Assembly (NCBI RefSeq): GCF_052425735.1
Contig: NC_135759.1
Span: 41,664,001 to 41,728,000, forward strand
Direction of reading: 5' to 3'
Length of the DNA stretch: 64,000 bases
Source of the DNA: Oculina patagonica
Taxonomy: Eukaryota
The notes beneath the pieces were generated by a model, which saw only the letters and a list, made by a program, of their open reading frames with translations, did no database searches and was not told the origin of the DNA. Position numbers and translations under genes: made by a program. Positions 36,231-48,400 of this stretch are shown here, one piece after another (within the stretch, counting starts at the first letter, position 1; each line of letters starts with the position of its first letter).

Positions 36231-37728
36231 GTTCAGATGGGAAATTATCCCTCATTAAAGCAGTTTTCGTACGACCTTGAAAATTTTTTTCTTCGCTTTG
36301 TTTCATCCTCCAGTAACTGAAAGGATCAAAACAAGCTAGTTCCTGCTAAACTACAGTCAACTCTCGTTATAGCGGACACGCTCGGGGCGTCGTTTAGTGT
36401 CCGTTATAGCGAGAGTCGTGCAAGCGAGTGTCCGCAAGGCGATAGTTGGATGTAAATGAAATATTCCTAATATAGAAAGAATTTTGTTCAATTTCCTATC
36501 AGAATGCTGAAATGCGTCTCCCATCACCTACTGACCACCCTGAAAAACAAGTCAAAGTGAAACAGAGAATAGCTACTCGCAATCCGTATGCACATGCTTT
36601 GCTCTGCGTATTGACGTGTTCGCGAAAACCTAACAAGAAGCCGCGCGCGTTTACATTTCACTTGGCCAATCAAATTGCTCTCTTCTAGTCCATTGCTTGC
36701 GGTTTTGTTTTTCACGCGTAATCATTTCAAGGTCATACGAAATTGCTCTAACCAAAGTTTCGGCAATAACTCTTGTAACAACTACGCACTTACTTAATGA
36801 ATAACCATTCCACGCCGTCGAAACAACAGGCGAAACCTTTGATTATTCTTTTTATTTTATTAAATATGAAAAATTCGTGCCTAGAACGTCTTTAATTGCA
36901 GACTCGAGGCGAAGTAAATTCTGACAGGTAAAGGGATAACTATGATCCTCAATTTTCCGTCTTTTAAGAGGAAAATATACGAGTGATGGCACTTCTAAAT
37001 AGTGCGAATTCTGTCCCAGAACATCAAGCTTACACGGGACAAATCAGTGAAATGGCCTAGAAAACAATACCTGTTTTGCATTTGACATAAATTCGCGAAG
37101 TTCAAAGTTCGCACTTCAATGGTTAATCGGTTAAATGAACCACACGGGATCACGGCAAATGTTGGAAAAAAGCAAAAGGCGTTTGATTTACAAACATGAT
37201 TTACCAACATCCCAAGTCGTTAACTTCACCGTTAGAGTGGTGCTTTTACAAAAGTATCACAATTTCAATCAGGCTGCATCTAACTGCGGCCAGCTGGATA
37301 ATATCAAGGCAGAACTGCTAAGGTAAGACGTTTAGCCCAACAAGTGGTTAGGCCAAGTATTAATGTTCATACTATTAGCGCAGGCCTTAGTTACGAAAAT
37401 TATAAATACAGCGACGCGACCAAAAGAAATGGCAAACACATCTCTTTTACGTTCACAAAGCTACTATCTACTGCAGAGGTGACCACAATCACAGTTGAGG
37501 AAAGTGCGTATGTTGTCAAATCTTGGTAGAATCCCACCAACAATTCTCAAATTAAAATCTAGCGCCATCATTCCACGAGTTGTTACGTTAGCATGTTGTC
37601 ATGGAAACGTTACATTGTAAAGCAACTTCTCCGACGAAACTTAGATCTTCAAACACACAATTCTGCCAGAAAAGAAGGTTTGCAGTTGCCAACTGATCAG
37701 CATTCAATAGTAACAAGATGATTATTTG

Positions 37729-40279
37729 TTACTGCGTGTCACTGTCTTCAGAATCGACCTTTGGGAGCATGGCTCTCCAGCGAGCCCCGCGATTTTTTTC
37801 GGGTTTGGAATTTTTCCTTTTAGCGGAATTCATCGGCGAGTTGTTCTTGCTGAGTTTGCTTGTCTGATTACCAGCCGCGCCTGACTGTTGATCAGCGGTG
37901 TCGTCACCTGGGGCTGGTGTGACGTCAGTGTCTTCTTGCACGCCTTGCAAGGAAGGCTGGGATTCTTCGGCAGAATCGCTCAAGTCCACAACTAGAGATG
38001 ACGATGACGATGGCGATGACGGATTTTCAGCTTGGCCTGTTGTGGTAGAAGGCGTCTCTTGGTTATCTGAAGGCAAATTCGCATCTGTAGCTTTTAAAAC
38101 AGCAGCTTTTCGTGACGGATGTTGGCGAGTGCCCTGCAAAGCAGATATTTTAATTGCAATGCGCTTTGGTGGTGAATAATCGCTTAGGTAAGAATCATCA
38201 TCAGAAGAAAGATCATCCTCGGAGGAAAGAGAAAACTCCGAACTTTCAAGAATTTTACTCCGTTTAGATGCACAAGTGTTGTTCGTTTGTTTGGAACTTA
38301 GCTTCACGGGAGAACCCTTCCTCTTGTTTTTACGCGTGTTATATGGACTGCTATCCGCACCGGGCATTGACAACGATCTTGATGTCTCTTGTAATGACAC
38401 CAGCTGAGAAGCTGCTAAAACAACATCCTCAGCCCCTGAGGGGTCCTCAGGCTGTCTTGATGGAGTCTCCTTCCTTATAGCGGTCCCCTGCCCCACTGTA
38501 CACATCTGCTGGCCAGGAGTGGAAAGCGACGCTGACGAAGCCATTCTCACTGCAGCTAGACCCGGCCGCTTGCGTCTGAAGGGGTCCTTTTCAAGTAGTC
38601 CTGCAGGTTTTCGCTTACGAGTTGCAGAGTTTTTAATGGTATCACCGCCCACTCCTTTAGGCGGAGGGTGCCTTTCAGCAAAGACAGGTCCAATTTGAGA
38701 AGAACCCCTAACAGCAATTTTAGAAAGAAGAGCTGGCCACAATAATAGACTGTTGAATCGTGAAGAAAGCATTTTGTACTCGTACGAATTTCGATATGAA
38801 GTATTGTTTGAACGAATTCCCGGCGCAATTGATGCAGCGTTTTCTTGGCTACCCATTTGATTAAGCGATCTGTTACTGTTATTTTGTTCTTTGCTATTCG
38901 TCGCAGATATGGAAACACCAGCTTGCACACGACTAGAATCTCTACTTGACGATTCTGCTTCTCCTCCGTTGTTTGTCACACGACTAAGAGGTTCTGAAAT
39001 TGGGATCTGTTGTGATCCTGTTTTATCATTTGTCGGCGTTTGAGTACCTTCTATAGCCGGCCGAGACTCATCAATCAATAAACTACCCTCCGAGACATCA
39101 TCAGTAGATGTTTGTAGTTGTTTACCTAATTCCAACACATTACCTTGTTCTGTGTCACGCGAAAGTTCAGATGAAGCCACGTAATCGTTACTTACTATTG
39201 CCCCTAACTTTGTTCCACTATCACTTGATTTATGTACAATATGTTTATCAAGTCCGACATCTTTGTTTGGTCCTATAATCCGTTCAGAGCTTCCTGACGA
39301 TTCTACATCGCCACCACGTGACTCATTTGTCATATCACGTGCCTCGTTTCCACTAACACACGTGACACTTGAAGCCTTGTTACTATGGCTACTGGCTGCG
39401 CTCGCTGTAGAAGACGGCTGACCTGGTAGTGAGCCAGCAGTGCTGCCTGCAGGAGCTGTGTTCAACATGGCAGCTATTTGCTGCAAGTGTGGACGGAGCA
39501 ATAGAAGGGATTTCAACGTTTTAAGCGTTGTAAAGCACGGTGGAAGAGGAGGAATTGCGGGCGCACGTCTGCGCGTTGCCTGGTTTGTTGACGACACAGC
39601 GGCAGTTGTCGGCTTCACTGCACTTGGTTCATTTCCAGTTTCCACTCGGTTCGTGCCTGTAGGGGCATGCGCACTAGCTATGCCACTGGTGTTGGCTTCG
39701 CCCGAGACCTCTGCCCCAATAGTTAGCTCCGTTTCTGTGCTTTTTGCTGCCTCATTTCTATTAATTTCACTGCATTTTGCTTCAATATTAGTCTCGTTAG
39801 CTTCCTTCGCTTTTTCTTGATTCTGTTCCTCGCGGGCTTCGACCACAGCTTTCACGGAGGACTGGGGATTAGGAACGTCACCACTGACAATTGTTTGCTG
39901 GCTCTTCTGGCCTACAGTTTGCACCTGGGACTGTTGATCGCCTACACTATTTTTGTCGCCCCCAGGAGTGTTTCCAACCTCAGCAGTGACTGTAGAGGGG
40001 GGATGGGGAGTGGAGGTGGACGACGCTGGTGACGTCTTTTGAATGGCTTGAAGAACCGTGGGGATATCGATACTGAATGCCTGTGGACAAAAACGGGAAA
40101 AGTATTGTGTTACTAGGCAACAAAGTTATTACGACATTAAGGGAAATTTGCCATCCGAGGTAAATTATTACGAATTTTTACAAACAATCTGATGAACTAC
40201 ACTAACATAATATTGGCGTATCCTTAAAAACAGCGTAGAAAGGAAAAAGGACACAAAAAATGAGATGATAAAGAAAAAA

Positions 40280-40329
<50 letters not shown>

Positions 40330-42449
40330 CTCTTTTTTTCTCTTTTTGGGTTTTTATGGGGTTTTTTTGGGGGGGGGGTTTTTTTTTTTTTTTTTACACT
40401 TAAAACAGAGGAGACAAATTTTTCAAAAAAACATAAGATTGTCAAAAATCCAACTGGCAGGAAGCAAATGAGTGTGATCGAGGAATTAAATAAGAGAAGA
40501 CCGACAACAAATACAGCTAGTGGCAGGGTGGGTGGCTTAAACCTACGACGTCCAATAGACCAGAAAATGCCTGAAGAATCAAAAACGTCCGAAGATTTAC
40601 GAAGATTACCCGGGATCTTCAGAAGACAATCGAACGGTACTGGGGAGAACAAAATAATGTTTCCGATTGTGTAAAAATTGCTGAAAACGCACGCGATTGC
40701 AATCTTGAATTCTATCCGGCTCATCCTATCTTGCAAGATTTCCAATATTTATTCTGTTTACCTGAAGAAGGAGGGAAAATGGTCCTAACGAGCCGGACAC
40801 CGTGACCTGCTTCTCACCACTGGCACTTCTGGTGTGAAGTTTCTCTCGTTTTTCTGCGACTTGTTTTCGTTTGGAGAGCTGTTTGTTGTGCATAAGAACG
40901 CGGTGATGTGGCTGCTGAACTCTACTCCTGTTTCCCTGTAAGGAGACGAAACACGACATAGGGGGTTACACTGATCTGTGGGAGGAAAGGCTCATGAAGA
41001 ATTATTTATTTTACTAATAATTTCGAATTGCTGCTTGTCCTACACTTTTAAATGTTGATTATAACCTGTGTTTAGGAGTTTAGTGTAAGAAAAATGTCTG
41101 AAGTCTCATTCATGGCTTACACAGAACACTGAACGCAAAGGTAGGGGTACAAACCGCTTTCCGGACGCGCAGGCTCTTTTGTGGGGAGCCTTCCTCTCCA
41201 TCATTGCCGTCATCATCACCCTCGTCTTGGCTGCCACCACTCGCCAGCTTTTTACTTGGAGTCGCTTCACTGGAATCTTCCTCAGCATATCCTTTTTCAA
41301 TTGTTCTCCTCAGCTTTGCTCGTTTTTCCGCTCGTTTCTTCGCTCTATATGTGGCCCTGGTCGCTCTACGCCTTGCCCGAGACTCTTCAATTGGAAGCGG
41401 GACACGGCCCTTTCGTTTCCTCTTAAAAAAAAAAGAAAAACAAGACACAGTCGATAAAAAGGTGAATCTCCTACAAAAGGAAACTATTGTCACGCAACGC
41501 TTATCCAAGACAGGATTGTGTGACAACCCTAGAAACGGATACCTGATGTGAAGGAAGCAGTGGCTGAGTCATTTTATTACACCATCTATTGTTTTGTTTA
41601 GAAAGCTACGTGCAATGTTTCTGGAAAATACCTTATTATAGGAAATTAACGCTTCATGAAATTAACGCGAACTTCGAAAATTCGCGTTAATTTAAGTCGC
41701 GTTAATTTTTTTAACGTTAATTTCCGCGCCGTTAATCAAGTGAGGCGTTAATTTCCATGACTTTAATTTCCATTATTTTGGCACAAATTTCTCGATACAG
41801 CGTCAGTCCAGACGTTCTTGACTCCAAGGAAAAGGCACTATTTCATCAGGGTGAAAATCTGTCGGTATCACTGAATCTGTGAAGAACGCTCGAGGTGGTC
41901 AAATCCCTTTTCTTAATCCCCTACGTTTAAGATTATACGTCTAGTGTTAAAATAGACTTCCATTTGTCTCCAGAAGTGTTTTTCATTGTGTACGTCGCGT
42001 TAATTTCCTTTATTTCTAAATGTTAATCTCTTTTTCGCGTTAAACTTCTTTATTGGGAAGTAATTCATCCTTCCATTTGCGTTAATTCAAGTCGCGTTAA
42101 TTTCAAATTCCTTAATTAACACAAGCGTTTATTTCCTGCAATAAGGTAAGCAGCTTTTCTTACCACAACAGGGACATCAGGAATGTCCAGATCCTGAAAA
42201 GATAAAACAAATGTAAGCTTAACGAGGTGGAGACTTTAACTTGTGCATAGGACAGTTAAACAACACTAAAATGGGTACTCTAGCTAAGGGTATTTTAACG
42301 GGGAGGAGTAGTTTATGAGGGAAGGAAAGTGAAGTGTGGTACATTAAAAAAAAAAAAAGAAAAAGGGAGAGAGGGTTCGCCTATGAGAGGATAAAGGGTC
42401 AGTTTGAAAATAGTGTAATAGACATTTTAAGTTTTTTTTTGTTTTGTTG

Positions 42450-42496
<47 letters not shown>

Positions 42497-45400
42497 TTTT
42501 CCCCAGAAAATTGTAGTCAGGGCATGACATAGTTTGTTTACAAGTCCTTGTCACGCGCATGAGTTTCGCGCCACGTTTCTTTTGTTTCAAACTTTATTTT
42601 TAAATTTCGTAGAATGATTCATCCGTCTGTTATTTTTAATTCGTCTCCGTCGCCCCAGAAAAGTTATTTTTTTTACACGTTATTTTTAAAGCGCGCGCTA
42701 ACGTGCTGCTATTTTAAATCGCGTGTGAAAGCTTTGATTTTTTAACTGATGAAGGCTTAAGCAATAGCCGAAACGTCTTGGAAAATGACATCAAAAACAC
42801 AGTCAGCGACAAACCTTCAACAAAAGGGTCAGTTTATTGGCTGAAGAAGGATAGTTAAGGGGTAAATAGGAAAAGGTAAAAGACGGGAACTTTATGAGAA
42901 TGGGGTAGGGAAATACAGGTTTAAGGGATGAGGTGGGACTGTGTTCTTCAGCGTGTGGAGATAAGAGAAGTTTTACAGGGAGAGGCGAAACGTTAAGGGG
43001 AAGCGTAAAATAAGTTTAACCTCAGGTTTAAGTGACGGTCTTTCCTGCCTTCTTCCAGTGAAGTTGGCCACTAGCTCTCTTTTCTTGCGAAGGGTATTTT
43101 GACGATAGTATAAGAACTGAAAAACAGAACGAAACAACCATAAACAAACAAAAACCTTTCATCGGCAATATTGCTAGAGGGAGCGATATCATACCGTAAA
43201 ATTCCCGGCTAAGCACTGGGCTTATACAACTTCGTAAGGGGTTTTGGATGGGGGGGCTTATATCCGGCAGGGCTTATACACGGAATAAAAAAAAAGTTTC
43301 GGAACTGGAGTGTTGATCAAAATACGTTTTAAAGTTAAAAACGTATAATAAAGCAACATTTAGCCCTGTTCAGTACTGTCATCCGGTAGAGGGGGGCTTT
43401 TATCCCGGGGGGGGGGGGGGGGTTCTAAACGGATGTATTTTTTTTTGGTTTCCAGGTAGATGGGCTTATAACCGGAAGAGCTAACAAGCTCAGGGGCTTA
43501 TAACCGGAATTTTACGGTACACCTCTATTTCTACGAGGTCTGTATGCTTGTGACGTCGTGAAATTGAAACAAATAAAATTAATTTTTAATCTGATCTGGC
43601 AAAAATCGACCACTTGGATGTTTATGGGTACCCTTTTCACAAACAATTTTCCAGGACTTTTCAAGAACTCAGGACTCCAAAATTCATTCTCGTCCCCATA
43701 GCCCTTTCGTTTCTCTTAGCCGGCTTGGCACGGCACAAGAAAACGGAGGGCTCTGGGGACATAAGATTTTTGAATTAATTCGAATTTTTTTTTGATTGGC
43801 TGTTTCGAACAAAGAATTCCCAAACGGAAGTAGAAAACGTAACGACTCTCTCATACAATCTTTTGAAACGTCATGACTGCATACATAAAGACCGGAAGTC
43901 CTAGAATCTAGCACTGGAAATCCTGTGTCCCCAGAGCCCTTTGTTTCCTCGTGCCAAGGCTCAGCCGGCTAAGAGAAACGAAAGGGCTATTACATTGTTT
44001 GTAAATTTCTTATAATGTCAGTTCTGAGAATTCAGTTCTTACTCGAGAGTACGCCAGATCTTTCCAGGGCCGGTGATCTTTTTCTAGGACTTTCCAGTTC
44101 AGTCCTGGAAAGTGTCACCATAACTTTTCCAGGACCTGTACGAGCACTAACGTTTGCATGAGCGTGACAACTCCCATCAGTGAGTGAATGATTTAAATGC
44201 AGGACGTTCTTATTTTAAATCCGATGCCCATAACACTTAGTCTTTTTCGCTATTTTGTTCCCCAGTGGTATTATCTTTATTCTTTAAAGAAGGTGTACGA
44301 TTGCACGATTTTTAAGCCTGAAGCAACCTCGAGATTGAGTGCGAAAGACCTGGAATTTCTGTTCCGAAGAGGCTTTTGAGAAGTCAATGAAAGGTCTGAT
44401 TTAAAACGAGGGCAACTTCATAAGCGTGTTTCTTTAGTGTTTTGTTGTTATCTAGAAAATTCACGTTTATTCCATCTAAGAGTATGAGAGAAATTCGTGT
44501 CCGCAGCTTTTTATTTTAACGGTGAAAACTCACCACCTATACTAATTGTAATAAAGAAGTCACTTACTGTAAAATAATGCTAAAACCGTCTCTCAATGAG
44601 ACAAAACTTACATCATCCTTGCGAAGTACAATCCATCGCCGCCAACACTGATTATCAGTTCGATCGCCCAAAGCTCGTGCAATTTTAGACCAATTTCCTG
44701 TAAAAAAAAAGTTGAGTCACTCAAGTCTGCATACGGACCCAGTGGGCCATTAGGCCATAGCTTCCCACACAGTCATTTCAAGGGACAATCGCCCCTAAAA
44801 ACGACTACGTGGGAGGCTAATCAGGCTGGAGCCTATCCCGGTGTACTAGGAGTATTTCCACTCCCCCTGGATGGGATGCTAGTCCGTTTCAGGGATAACC
44901 CCAGTATTTAATTCGCTGGTACCTATTTATACACAAAAAAGTTAACTGCATAAGTTAATTGTCTTGTCCAAGAATACAATGCAGTGCCCCGGTTAGGGCT
45001 TGAACTCGGACTGCTCAATCCAGAGTCCAGCGCTTTAACCATTTGAAAACCTGCTGGTTAGCTTCACCTAAACAAAAAATGGTTCCAATTAAATTGCTAG
45101 GTACTTGGTCAGCCTGAATGGGTGAGTCACAATCCACCAGCCCTCAATAACAACACTTAGCCGCCAAAAATGACGTCAGCGTCGAGTGAATAGCAAGGAT
45201 ATCATCACAGAGAATACGCAATCTTACTTAGAACTGAAAACTTGTCTGTGGGCAAAGGTGAAACAAAAAAAAACTTGAAGTTTAGGGGGAAAATGCTATA
45301 GGTTTCGAATGAAAGAGGAAGTGGAGAATCTTTACTGCATAAAACTCACCTTTTCCAAATGTTTCCACATTTTCCAGTAGCTTCTGATCCTGTTCTTTAG

Positions 45401-48400
45401 TCCATGGTCCTTTGTCTATTTTGGGATCCAAGGCATTGACCCATCTACACAACAAACAATAACAATGCTACCATCAATTCATTTCACCTTGCAGCTGTAT
45501 TTTCAGTGGGTTGGGGGTAGGGAGGGGATTTAAAGGACTTGCAGCTGTATTTTCAGTGGGTTGGGGGTAGGGAGGGGATTTAAAGGACTTGCAGCTGTAT
45601 TTTCAGTGGGTTGGGGGTAGGGAGGGGATTTAAAGGACTTGCAGCTGTATTTTCAGTGGGTTGGGGGTAGGGAGGGGATTTAAAGGACTTGCAGCTGTAT
45701 TTTCAGTGGGTTGGGGGTAGGGAGGGGATTTAAAGGACTTGCAGCTGTATTTTCAGTGGGTTGGGGGTAGGGAGGAGATTTAAAGGACTTGCAGCTGTAT
45801 TTTCAGTGGGTTGGGGGTAGGGAGGGGATTTAAAGGACTTGCAGCTGTATTTTCAGTGGGTTGGGGGTAGGGAGGGGATTTAAAGGACTTGCAGCTGTAT
45901 TTTCAGTGGGTAAGGGGTTGGGAGGAGATTTAAAGGACTTGCAGCTGTATTTTCAGTGGGTTGGGGGTAGGGAGGGGATTTAAAGGACTTGCAGCTGTAT
46001 TTTCAGTGGGTTGGGGGTAGGGAGGGGATTTAAAGGAGGTGGGGTGGTGGGGGACCTGTTCTGAAGTTTTGCTGATGTGCTTCCCAGTTCCTGGAATACC
46101 TTATTACAAAGCAAAGTTTGTGATTTTGGAAACCGTTTTAGACCTGACATACAATTTGTACCTTGTTTCAGATCAGAAGTCTTTCAGGTACTTTATCAAA
46201 TCAAGTGACTTGCCTGCTTCATGGTTTTCATTTGAAGACAAATGTTTGATAGATGAAAAGAAAGCAGCCATGTGCAATGAATGACATACTGCACTTTTGA
46301 GCAAAAAGGCGAAAACTGTAACTCTATTTAAGACTTAAGAAGCTCAAACAGTATGCTGTTGTGTGGAACACATCAGAAACTATGCATGCAATCCTAAATA
46401 CAGTCAAAGCTCTCTACTTGCAACCACTTTGAAACCCTGTTTGAATTGTCACTCAAACTTTGCAATTTTAAAAAGCAATCATAAGCGACCACTCATGTAG
46501 GTGTCCTTGACCACTCTCAGGAGTTACTAACTTGCCATTTCTGTCGCTTTTTTTTCGCTCTCATAATATCCTGTTCCAGGCTCTCGGTAGTTGGGTGAGA
46601 GCAAAAAGCCACGTAGCCTCCCATGGTGTCTTTCTTAGGGGCGATCGTGTTTCACTATGATCGCCCCGGCTAAGAACGACTGCGTAGGGGCTAAAAGCCA
46701 CGAGGAGGAAAGAAAACGAGGGGGAGAGAGAGCCAGTCTCTGTTTCAGCATAGTTAGTTTACTAACTTTTGTTTCAGCGTGTGGCAGTTGGGAGAGTCTG
46801 TTCTTCTTAACAACCAGCTCAAGTTACGACCACTTTTTTGAATTCCTGGGTGTGGTCGCTAACAAGAGCTTTGACTGTCCTGGAGAAGAACAACTTAACA
46901 ATATGGTTTGCAAAATATGAAATGGCAAAATACTCAGGTACTAAACCTGGAAACAGTCCTTTAAGCCACTGACCTTTCTCGACATTGAGGTCCTGATCTT
47001 CCAGGAACCATCTCAGCTATCCTGTACCAGTTACATGCTCCATACTTAGCAACGGCTTTCTTAAGAAGCTAAATAAAACCAACGTACAAAGAAATGTTCT
47101 AGCTGCACATTAATAAAAGAACTTAGCTGCACATTAATAAAAGAACTTGTAAAATTCATTAATTATTCATGAGGGTGCAAACCAATCCCAGTACCATAAT
47201 TTATTCAGATTACATGTACACAACTGTAAACCCCAATACAAATCAAACAATAGAATTAACTTTTGATACAAACTCCTGCTCAGCTAATAAGTATTCATTA
47301 ACTTTTGATACAGATTTGTACTGATTCGCATAACAATACTTTGTATTCAATTTATTGTTTTCATTTCACAAGTAGGGTTCATTGAGGAAATTGCTAAGGG
47401 CAAAGTTGGGATGACCCACCAACCGACCGACCAACTTATTCCATGGTGAATCGAGTTAATCTGCAATTGAATCAAGAAATATCCTGCTCAGGTAATTCGC
47501 TTGCAAAAATGAATATTGTTAATGCTCGAATTAGTGCTCAACTTAAAATAAACGCCCTGCTTCTAATGAGCACCCCTCCTAAGACCAGAATAAGCACATC
47601 CCCCTTTAAGTTCCTGGAATTACAAGGTCATTTTTAAGCTTCCTGCCTCCACTGACTTAAACCACACAAAAAATGCTATTACAGTTTTTTAAACTATTAT
47701 GTTATAGTGTGGGTTCACTAAACGCCCCCCTCTCGCCTTAGCAAATTAAATAAGCCCCTGGGCGTTAATTTGAGCATTGACATTAAGCCATTCACAATGA
47801 GTTGTCAGGCTGTGGAAGACATACCTCATCCTCGTCATCATACCATTTGCCTTTCCTCACTAACTGTAGTGTCTGAGTGTAACGATACATGCACTGATCT
47901 CCTTGCCGGCCCTCTAAGAAACTTGCCACTATGAAGTTAACAAAAATTGCCAAGTTGAAAAAAATTGCTAAGCAAAAGACATTAGGTTTAGCTGCAATGA
48001 AGAGGATTTGAGTGAGACCTATAGCCTAGATTCTGACAGAGATAAGAAAGTGGCTTTAACAATCAGTTTTAATCTTTTCCAATTTAACATCCATACTCCT
48101 TGCAGGTTCCCAAGTAGTTCTTTTGCATTTTTCTTTCATTTCAAATTGTTACGAATTTAGAGCAATTTTCATAAAAAAACTAAAGCAAACACATACAGTT
48201 ATTGCAAGCACTGAGCACAATTAATTTGGGTTTTACATCTGATTAGCGAGTTGTTGACATAAATTTTTTAACCAATCATACAGCATAAGAAAGGCTTAGC
48301 AAGGCCAAAGCAAGTTCGCATTACTCTCAGTACGGAATTTAAAACAACTCCATATTGACAGAGACATGAAACAAATAACACAGCGTTTTATACCTTTTGG

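Noticed and set aside
40224-40745. Poly-K / poly-F ORFs (also 42334-42590)
   Set aside because: Derived from long poly-T tracts with homopolymer-degraded flanks, probably low-quality sequence or retroposon tails.
45488-46037. CRISPR-like regular repeats
   Set aside because: Head-to-tail units with no unique spacers, no cas genes, eukaryotic intron.
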